Origin: Eledone cirrhosa
Taxonomy: Eukaryota
Assembly: GCA_964016885.1 (NCBI GenBank)
Contig: OZ024745.1
Coordinates: forward strand, 16,182,001 to 16,246,000
DNA: 64,000 bases
Direction: 5' to 3'
Below the pieces are notes generated by a model. That model saw only the letters and a list, made by a program, of their open reading frames with translations. It was not told the origin of the DNA and ran no database searches. The translations under genes and the position numbers were made by a program. Of this stretch, positions 53,701 through 64,000 are shown in pieces (within the stretch, counting starts at the first letter, position 1; every line of letters begins with the position of its first letter).

Positions 53701-56700
53701 TTTCATGATTGGGAGGTTGTTTGATGACTGGGTGGGTGTTTGATGATTGGGTGGGTGTTGTTTGATGACTGGGCTGTTGTTTGATGACTGGGTGGGTGTT
53801 GTTTGATGACTGGGTGGTTGTTTCATGGCAGTAGTTGTTGTTTGGTGACAGTGGTGGTTGTTTGATGACTGGGTGGTTGTTGTTTGATAATAATGATTGT
53901 TGTTTGATGACAGTGGTGGTTGTTTGATGACAGTGGTGGTTGTTTGATGACTGGGTGGTTGTTTTATGACAGTGGTGGTTGTTTGATGACAGTGGTGGTT
54001 GTTTGATGACAGTGGTGGTTGTTTGATGACTGGGTGGTTGTTGTTTGATGACAATGTAAGTTGTTTGATGATAGTGGTGGTTGTTTGATGACAGTGGTGG
54101 TTGTTTGATGACTGGGTGGTTGTTTTACGACAGTGGTGGTTGTTTGATGACTGGGTGGTTGTTTGATGACAGTGGTGGTTGTTTGATGACAGTGGTGGTT
54201 GTTTGATGACAGTGGTGGTTGTTTGATGACAGTAGTTGTTGTTTGATGACAGTGGTGGTTGTTTCATGACTGGGTGGTTGTTGTTTGATGACAGTGGTGG
54301 TTGTTTGATGACAGTGGTGGCTGTTTGATGACTGGGTGGTTGTTTGATGACTGGGTGGTTGTTTGATGACTGGGTGGTTGTTTGATGACAGTGGTGGTTG
54401 TTTGATGACTGGGTGGTTGTTTGATGACAGTGGTGGTTGTTTGATGACTGGGTGGTTGTTTGATGACAGTGGTGGTTGTTTGATGACAGTGGTGGTTGTT
54501 TGATGACTGGGTGGTTGTTTGATGACAGTGGTGGTTGTTTGATGACTGGGTGGTTGTTTGATGACTGGGTGGTTGTTTGATGACAGTGGTGGTTGTTTGA
54601 TGACTGGGTGGTTGTTTGATGACAGTGGTGGTTGTTTGATGACAGTGGTGGTTGTTTGATGACAGTGGTGGTTGTTTGATGACTGGGTGGTTGTTTGATG
54701 ACTGGGTGGTTGTTTGATGACAGTGGTGGTTGTTTGATGACTGGGTGGTTGTTTGATGACAGTGGTGGTTGTTTGATGACTGGGTGGTTGTTTGATGACA
54801 GTGGTGGTTGTTTGATGACAGTGGTGGTTGTTTGATGACAGTGGTGGTTGTTTGATGACTGGGTGGTTGTTTGATGACAGTGTTTGTTGTTTGATGACAG
54901 TGGTGGTTGTTTGATGACTGGGTGGTTGTTTGATGACTGGGTGGTTGTTTGATGACAGTGGCTGTTGTTTGATGACTGTGGTGGTTGTTTGATGACTGGG
55001 CGGTTGTTTGATGACTGGGTGGCTGTTGTTTGATGACTGTGGTTGTTGTTTGATGACTGGGTGGTTGTTTGATGACTGGGTGGTTGTTTAATGACAGTGG
55101 CTGTTGTTTGATGACTGTGGTGGTTGTTTGATGACTGGGTGGTTGTTTGATGACAGTGGTTATTGTTTGATGACTGTGGTGGTTGTTTGATGACTGTGGT
55201 GGTTGTTTGATGACTGGGTGGTTGTTTGATGACAGTGGCTGTTGTTTGGTGACAGTGGTGGTTGTTTGATGACTGGGTGGTTGTTGTTTGATGATAATGA
55301 TTGTTGTTTGATGACAGGGGTGGTTGTTTGATGACAGTGGTGGTTGTTTGATGACTGGGTGGTTGTTTTATGACAGTGGTGGTTGTTTGATGAATGGGTG
55401 GTTGTTTGATGACAGTGGTGGTTGTTTGATGACAGTGGTGGTTGTTTGATGACAGTGGTGGTTGTTTGATGATAGTGGTGGTTGTTTGATGACAGTGGTG
55501 GTTGTTTGATGACTGGGTGGTTGTTGTTTGATGACAATGTAAGTTGTTTGATGATAGTGGTGGTTGTTTGATGACAGTGGTGGTTGTTTGATGACTGGGT
55601 GGTTGTTTTATGACAGTGGTGGTTGTTTGATGACTGGGTGGTTGTTTGATGACAGTGGTGGTTGTTTGATGACAGTGGTGGTTGTTTGATGACAGTGGTG
55701 GTTGTTTGATGACAGTAGTCGTTGGTTGATGACAGTGGTGGTTGTTTGATGACTGGGTGGTTGTTTGATGACAGTGGTTGTTGTTTGATGACAGTGGTGG
55801 TTGTTTGATGACAGTGGTGGCTGTTTGATGACTGGGTGGTTGTTTGATGACAGTGGTGGTTGTTTGATGACAGTGGTGGTTGTTTGATGACAGTGGTGGT
55901 TGTTTGATGACTGGGTGGTTGTTTGATGACTGGGTGGTTGTTTGATAACAGTGGTGGTTGTTTGATGACTGGGTGGTTGTTTGATGACAGTGGTGGTTGT
56001 TTGATGACAGTGGTGGTTGTTTGATGACTGGGTGGTTGTTTGATGACAGTGGTGGTTGTTTGATGACTGGGTGGTTGTTTGATGACTGGGTGGTTGTTTG
56101 ATGACAGTGGTGGTTGTTTGATGACTGGGTGGTTGTTTGATGACAGTGGTGGTTGTTTGATGACAGTGGTGGTTGTTTGATGACAGTGGTGGTTGTTTGA
56201 TGACTGGGTGGTTGTTTGATGACTGGGTGGTTGTTTGATGACAGTGGTGGTTGTTTGATGACTGGGTGGTTGTTTGATGACAGTGGTGGTTGTTTGATGA
56301 CTGGGTGGTTGTTTGATGACAGTGGTGGTTGTTTGATGACAGTGGTGGTTGTTTGATGACAGTGGTGGTTGTTTGATGACAGTGGTGGTTGTTTGATGAC
56401 AGTAGTTGTTGTTTGATGACAGTGGTGGTTGTTTCATGACTGGGTGGTTGTTGTTTGATGACAGTGGTGGTTGTTTGATGACAGTGGTGGCTGTTTGATG
56501 ACTGGGTGGTTGTTTGATGACAGTGGTGGTTGTTTGATGACAGTGGTGGTTGTTTGATGACAGTGGTGTTTGTTTGATGACTGGGTGGTTGTTTGATGAC
56601 TGGGTGGTTGTTTGATGACAGTGGTGGTTGTTTGATGACTGGGTGGTTGTTTGATGACAGTGGTGGTTGTTTGATGACTGGGTGGTTGTTTGATGACAGT

Positions 56701-59700
56701 GGTGGTTGTTTGATGACAGTGGTGGTTGTTTGATGACTGGGTGGTTGTTTGATGACAGTGGTGGTTGTTTGATGACTGGGTGGTTGTTTGATGACTGGGT
56801 GGTTGTTTGATGACAGTGGTGGTTGTTTGATGACTGGGTGGTTGTTTGATGACAGTGGTGGTTGTTTGATGACAGTGGTGGTTGTTTGATGACAGTGGTG
56901 GTTGTTTGATGACTGGGTGGTTGTTTGATGACTGGGTGGTTGTTTGATGACAGTGGTGGTTGTTTGATGACTGGGTGGTTGTTTGATGACAGTGGTGGTT
57001 GTTTGATGACTGGGTGGTTGTTTGATGACAGTGGTGGTTGTTTGATGACTGTGGTGGTTGTTTGATGACTAAGTGGATGTTTGATGACAGTGGTTATTGT
57101 TTGATGACTGTGGTGGTTGTTTGATGACTGGGTGGTTGTTTGATGACAGTGGTGTTTGTTTGATGACTGGGTGGTTGTTTGATGACTGGGTGGTTGTTTG
57201 ATGACGGTGGTGGTTGTTTGATGACTGGGTGGTTGTTTGATGACAGTGGTGGTTGTTTGATGACAGTGGTGGTTGTTTGATGACAGTGGTGGTTGTTTTA
57301 TGACTGGGTGGTTGTTTGATGACAGTGTTTGTTGTTTGATGACAGTGGTGGTTGTTTGATGACTGGGTGGTTGTTTGATGACTGGGTGGTTGTTTGATGA
57401 CAGTGGCTGTTGTTTGATGACTGTGGTGGTTGTTTGATGACTGGGCGGTTGTTTGATGACAGTGGCTGTTGTTTGATGACTGTGGTAGTTGTTTGATGAC
57501 TGGGTGGTTGTTTGATGTCTGGGTGGTTGTTTAATGACAGTGGCTGTTGTTTGATGACTGTGGTGGTTGTTTGATGACTGGGTGGTTGTTTGATGACAGT
57601 GGTTATTGTTTGATGACTGTGGTGGTTGTTTGATGACTGTGGTGGTTGTTTGATGACTGGGTGGTTGTTTGATGACAGTGGCTGTTGTTTGGTGACAGTG
57701 GTGGTTGTTTGATGACTGGGTGGTTGTTGTTTGATGATAATGATTGTTGTTTGATGACAGTGGTGGTTGTTTGATGACAGTGGTGGTTGTTTGATAACTG
57801 GGTGGTTGTTTTATGACAGTGGTGGTTGTTTGATGACTTGGTGGTTGTTTGATGACAGTGGTGGCTGTTTGATGACTGGGTGGTTGTTTGATGACTGGGT
57901 GGTTGTTTGATGACAGTGGTGGTTGTTTGATGACAGTGTTTGTTGTTTGATGACAGTGGTGGTTGTTTGATGACTGGGTGGTTGTTTGATGACTGGGTGG
58001 TTGTTTGATGACAGTGGCTGTTGTTTGATGACTGTGGTGGTTGTTTGATGACTGGGCGGTTGTTTGATGACAGTGGCTGTTGTTTGATGACTGTGGTAGT
58101 TGTTTGATGACTGGGTGGTTGTTTGATGTCTGGGTGGTTGTTTAATGACAGTGGCTGTTGTTTGATGACTGTGGTGGTTGTTTGATGACTGGGTGGTTGT
58201 TTGATGACAGTGGTTATTGTTTGATGACTGTGGTGGTTGTTTGATGACTGTGGTGGTTGTTTGATGACTGGGTGGTTGTTTGATGACAGTGGCTGTTGTT
58301 TGGTGACAGTGGTGGTTGTTTGATGACTGGGTGGTTGTTGTTTGATGATAATGATTGTTGTTTGATGACAGTGGTGGTTGTTTGATGACAGTGGTGGTTG
58401 TTTGATAACTGGGTGGTTGTTTTATGACAGTGGTGGTTGTTTGATGACTTGGTGGTTGTTTGATGACAGTGGTGGCTGTTTGATGACTGGGTGGTTGTTT
58501 GATGACTGGGTGGTTGTTTGATGACAGTGGTGGTTGTTTGATGACTGGGTGGTTGTTTGATGACAGTGGTGGTTGTTTGATGACTGGGTGGTTGTTTGAT
58601 GACAGTGGTGGTTGTTTGATGACAGTGGTGGTTGTTTGATGACTGGGTGGTTGTTTGATGACAGTGGTGGTTGTTTGATGACTGGGTGGTTGTTTGATGA
58701 CTGGGTGGTTGTTTGATGACAGTGGTGGTTGTTTGATGACTGGGTGGTTGTTTGATGACAGTGGTGGTTGTTTGATGACAGTGGTGGTTGTTTGATGACA
58801 GTGGTGGTTGTTTGATGACTGGGTGGTTGTTTGATGACTGGGTGGTTGTTTGATGACAGTGGTGGTTGTTTGATGACTGGGTGGTTGTTTGATGACAGTG
58901 GTGGTTGTTTGATGACTGGGTGGTTGTTTGATGACAGTGGTGGTTGTTTGATGACAGTGGTGGTTGTTTGATGACAGTGGTGGTTGTTTGATGACTGGGT
59001 GGTTGTTTGATGACAGTGTTTGTTGTTTGATGACAGTGGTGGTTGTTTGATGACTGGGTGGTTGTTTGATGACTGGGTGGTTGTTTGATGACAGTGGCTG
59101 TTGTTTGATGACTGTGGTGGTTGTTTGATGACTGGGCGGTTGTTTGATGACTGGGTGGCTGTTGTTTGATGACTGTGGTAGTTGTTTGATGACTGGGTGG
59201 TTGTTTGATGACTGGGTGGTTGTTTAATGACAGTGGCTGTTGTTTGATGACTGTGGTGGTTGTTTGATGACTGGGTGGTTGTTTGATGACAGTGGTTATT
59301 GTTTGATGACTGTGGTGGTTGTTTGATGACTGTGGTGGTTGTTTGATGACTGGGTGGTTGTTTGATGACAGTGGCTGTTGTTTGGTGACAGTGGTGGTTG
59401 TTTGATGACTGGGTGGTTGTTGTTTGATGATAATGATTGTTGTTTGATGACAGGGGTGGTTGTTTGATGACAGTGGTGGTTGTTTGATGACTGGGTGGTT
59501 GTTTTATGACAGTGGTGGTTGTTTGATGAATGGGTGGTTGTTTGATGACAGTGGTGGTTGTTTGATGACAGTGGTGGTTGTTTGATGACAGTGGTGGTTG
59601 TTTGATGATAGTGGTGGTTGTTTGATGACAGTGGTGGTTGTTTGATGACTGGGTGGTTGTTGTTTGATGACAATGTAAGTTGTTTGATGATAGTGGTGGT

Positions 59701-62700
59701 TGTTTGATGACAGTGGTGGTTGTTTGATGACTGGGTGGTTGTTTTATGACAGTGGTGGTTGTTTGATGACTGGGTGGTTGTTTGATGACAGTGGTGGTTG
59801 TTTGATGACAGTGGTGGTTGTTTGATGACAGCGGTGGTTGTTTGATGACAGTAGTCGTTGGTTGATGACAGTGGTGGTTGTTTGATGACTGGGTGGTTGT
59901 TTGATGACAGTGGTTGTTGTTTGATGACAGTGGTGGTTGTTTGATGACAGTGGTGGCTGTTTGATGACTGGGTGGTTGTTTGATGACAGTGGTGGTTGTT
60001 TGATGACAGTGGTGGTTGTTTGATGACAGTGGTGGTTGTTTGATGACTGGGTGGTTGTTTGATGACTGGGTGGTTGTTTGATAACAGTGGTGGTTGTTTG
60101 ATGACTGGGTGGTTGTTTGATGACAGTGGTGGTTGTTTGATGACAGTGGTGGTTGTTTGATGACTGGGTGGTTGTTTGATGACAGTGGTGGTTGTTTGAT
60201 GACTGGGTGGTTGTTTGATGACTGGGTGGTTGTTTGATGACAGTGGTGGTTGTTTGATGACTGGGTGGTTGTTTGATGACAGTGGTGGTTGTTTGATGAC
60301 AGTGGTGGTTGTTTGATGACAGTGGTGGTTGTTTGATGACTGGGTGGTTGTTTGATGACTGGGTGGTTGTTTGATGACAGTGGTGGTTGTTTGATGACTG
60401 GGTGGTTGTTTGATGACAGTGGTGGTTGTTTGATGACTGGGTGGTTGTTTGATGACAGTGGTGGTTGTTTGATGACAGTGGTGGTTGTTTGATGACAGTG
60501 GTGGTTGTTTGATGACAGTGGTGGTTGTTTGATGACAGTAGTTGTTGTTTGATGACAGTGGTGGTTGTTTCATGACTGGGTGGTTGTTGTTTGATGACAG
60601 TGGTGGTTGTTTGATGACAGTGGTGGCTGTTTGATGACTGGGTGGTTGTTTGATGACAGTGGTGGTTGTTTGATGACAGTGGTGGTTGTTTGATGACAGT
60701 GGTGTTTGTTTGATGACTGGGTGGTTGTTTGATGACTGGGTGGTTGTTTGATGACAGTGGTGGTTGTTTGATGACTGGGTGGTTGTTTGATGACAGTGGT
60801 GGTTGTTTGATGACTGGGTGGTTGTTTGATGACAGTGGTGGTTGTTTGATGACAGTGGTGGTTGTTTGATGACTGGGTGGTTGTTTGATGACAGTGGTGG
60901 TTGTTTGATGACTGGGTGGTTGTTTGATGACTGGGTGGTTGTTTGATGACAGTGGTGGTTGTTTGATGACTGGGTGGTTGTTTGATGACAGTGGTGGTTG
61001 TTTGATGACAGTGGTGGTTGTTTGATGACAGTGGTGGTTGTTTGATGACTGGGTGGTTGTTTGATGACTGGGTGGTTGTTTGATGACAGTGGTGGTTGTT
61101 TGATGACTGGGTGGTTGTTTGATGACAGTGGTGGTTGTTTGATGACTGGGTGGTTGTTTGATGACAGTGGTGGTTGTTTGATGACAGTGGTGGTTGTTTG
61201 ATGACAGTGGTGGTTGTTTGATGACAGTAGTCGTTGGTTGATGACAGTGGTGGTTGTTTGATGACTGGGTGGTTGTTTGATGACAGTGGTTGTTGTTTGA
61301 TGACAGTGGTGGTTGTTTGATGACAGTGGTGGCTGTTTGATGACTGGGTGGTTGTTTGATGACAGTGGTGGTTGTTTGATGACAGTGGTGGTTGTTTGAT
61401 GACAGTGGTGGTTGTTTGATGACTGGGTGGTTGTTTGATGACTGGGTGGTTGTTTGATAACAGTGGTGGTTGTTTGATGACTGGGTGGTTGTTTGATGAC
61501 AGTGGTGGTTGTTTGATGACAGTGGTGGTTGTTTGATGACTGGGTGGTTGTTTGATGACAGTGGTGGTTGTTTGATGACTGGGTGGTTGTTTGATGACTG
61601 GGTGGTTGTTTGATGACAGTGGTGGTTGTTTGATGACTGGGTGGTTGTTTGATGACAGTGGTGGTTGTTTGATGACAGTGGTGGTTGTTTGATGACAGTG
61701 GTGGTTGTTTGATGACTGGGTGGTTGTTTGATGACTGGGTGGTTGTTTGATGACAGTGGTGGTTGTTTGATGACTGGGTGGTTGTTTGATGACAGTGGTG
61801 GTTGTTTGATGACTGGGTGGTTGTTTGATGACAGTGGTGGTTGTTTGATGACAGTGGTGGTTGTTTGATGACAGTGGTGGTTGTTTGATGACAGTGGTGG
61901 TTGTTTGATGACAGTAGTTGTTGTTTGATGACAGTGGTGGTTGTTTCATGACTGGGTGGTTGTTGTTTGATGACAGTGGTGGTTGTTTGATGACAGTGGT
62001 GGCTGTTTGATGACTGGGTGGTTGTTTGATGACAGTGGTGGTTGTTTGATGACAGTGGTGGTTGTTTGATGACAGTGGTGTTTGTTTGATGACTGGGTGG
62101 TTGTTTGATGACTGGGTGGTTGTTTGATGACAGTGGTGGTTGTTTGATGACTGGGTGGTTGTTTGATGACAGTGGTGGTTGTTTGATGACTGGGTGGTTG
62201 TTTGATGACAGTGGTGGTTGTTTGATGACAGTGGTGGTTGTTTGATGACTGGGTGGTTGTTTGATGACAGTGGTGGTTGTTTGATGACTGGGTGGTTGTT
62301 TGATGACTGGGTGGTTGTTTGATGACAGTGGTGGTTGTTTGATGACTGGGTGGTTGTTTGATGACAGTGGTGGTTGTTTGATGACAGTGGTGGTTGTTTG
62401 ATGACAGTGGTGGTTGTTTGATGACTGGGTGGTTGTTTGATGACTGGGTGGTTGTTTGATGACAGTGGTGGTTGTTTGATGACTGGGTGGTTGTTTGATG
62501 ACAGTGGTGGTTGTTTGATGACTGGGTGGTTGTTTGATGACAGTGGTGGTTGTTTGATGACTGTGGTGGTTGTTTGATGACTAAGTGGATGTTTGATGAC
62601 AGTGGTTATTGTTTGATGACTGTGGTGGTTGTTTGATGACTGGGTGGTTGTTTGATGACAGTGGTGTTTGTTTGATGACTGGGTGGTTGTTTGATGACTG

Positions 62701-64000
62701 GGTGGTTGTTTGATGACGGTGGTGGTTGTTTGATGACTGGGTGGTTGTTTGATGACAGTGGTGGTTGTTTGATGACAGTGGTGGTTGTTTGATGACAGTG
62801 GTGGTTGTTTGATGACTGGGTGGTTGTTTGATGACAGTGTTTGTTGTTTGATGACAGTGGTGGTTGTTTGATGACTGGGTGGTTGTTTGATGACTGGGTG
62901 GTTGTTTGATGACAGTGGCTGTTGTTTGATGACTGTGGTGGTTGTTTGATGACTGGGCGGTTGTTTGATGACAGTGGCTGTTGTTTGATGACTGTGGTAG
63001 TTGTTTGATGACTGGGTGGTTGTTTGATGTCTGGGTGGTTGTTTAATGACAGTGGCTGTTGTTTGATGACTGTGGTGGTTGTTTGATGACTGGGTGGTTG
63101 TTTGATGACAGTGGTTATTGTTTGATGACTGTGGTGGTTGTTTGATGACTGTGGTGGTTGTTTGATGACTGGGTGGTTGTTTGATGACAGTGGCTGTTGT
63201 TTGGTGACAGTGGTGGTTGTTTGATGACTGGGTGGTTGTTGTTTGATGATAATGATTGTTGTTTGATGACAGTGGTGGTTGTTTGATGACAGTGGTGGTT
63301 GTTTGATAACTGGGTGGTTGTTTTATGACAGTGGTGGTTGTTTGATGACTTGGTGGTTGTTTGATGACAGTGGTGGTTGTTTGATGACAGTGGTGGTTGT
63401 TTGATGACAGTGGTGGTTGTTTGATGACAGTGGTGGTTGTTTGATGACAGTGGTGGTTGTTTGATGACTGGGTGGTTGTTGTTTGATGACAATGTAAGTT
63501 GTTTGATGATAGTGGTGGTTGTTTGATGACAGTGGTGGTTGTTTGATGACTGGGTGGTTGTTTTATGACAGTGGTGGTTGTTTGATGACTGGGTGGTTGT
63601 TTGATGACAGTGGTGGTTGTTTGATGACAGTGGTGGTTGTTTGATGACAGTAGTTGTTGTTTGATGACAGTGGTGGTTGTTTCATGACTGGGTGGTTGTT
63701 GTTTGATGACAGTGGTGGTTGTTTGATGACAGTTGTGGCTGTTTGATGACTGGGTGGTTGTTGTATGACAGTGGTGGTTGTTTGATGACAGTGGTGGTTG
63801 TTTGATGACTGGGTGGTTGTTTGACGACTGGGTGGTTGTTTGATGACTGGGTGGTTGTTTGATGACAGTGGTTGTTGTTTGATGACAGTGGTGGTTGTTT
63901 GATGACAGTGGTGGTTGTTGTTTAATGACAGTGGTGGTTGTTTGATGACAGTGGTGGTTGTTGTTTGATGACAGTGGTGGTTGTTTGATGACAGTGGTGG
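26780..64000. repeat. Large GT-rich satellite array (>37 kb, continues past the window end) with higher-order structure
   Basis: Uninterrupted single-orientation tandem of GATGACAGTGGTGGTTGTTT (20 bp), GATGACTGGGTGGTTGTTT (19 bp) and GATGACTGGGTGGTTGTTGTTT (22 bp), plus recurrent variants. Length divided by monomer size gives roughly 1,900 monomers. Confidence 0.98.

Noticed and set aside
26740-63492. Long minus-strand ORFs (up to 695 aa) as protein-coding genes
   Set aside because: They are pure translations of 19/20-bp satellite monomers, overlap in several frames, and start and stop at sporadic monomer variants. There is no unique domain or signal peptide.
26780-64000. CRISPR array or telomeric repeat
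   Set aside because: There are no unique spacers and no cas genes, and the context is eukaryotic. The monomer is not TTAGGG-like.
26780-64000. TGATGA in the satellite as a hammerhead core or snoRNA box C; G-quadruplex array
   Set aside because: The TGATGA lacks the preceding C, stems and GAAA, and has no box D partner. G-tracts are mostly only GG, so stable G4 formation is unsupported.

Overview
AT-rich, microsatellite-dense animal genomic DNA with no recognisable host gene. The abundant SINE (…GAGTTCAAATcccGCCGAGGTCaACTTTGCCTTTCATCC…GGGGTCGATAAA…AAGTACCAGT) suggests an octopus/coleoid genome; this is inference from recalled repeat sequence. The window has two parts. (1) About 1-26.7 kb is a repeat graveyard of SINEs, LINE 3' fragments (RTE-type and restriction-like-endonuclease type) and decayed Penelope-like element (PLE) pieces. 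It also holds several minimal type I hammerhead-ribozyme motifs, one family arranged as a 413-bp tandem. Several short fold-back hairpin-plus-tail elements sit inside (TA)n tracts, and two copies of one such element have their hairpin loop in opposite orientations. (2) About 26.78-64 kb is one GT-rich satellite of 19/20/22-bp monomers with kb-scale higher-order duplications, running off the window end. The long minus-strand ORFs there, and almost all other ORFs in the track, are repeat artefacts. All coordinates were read by eye and may be off by a few bases.
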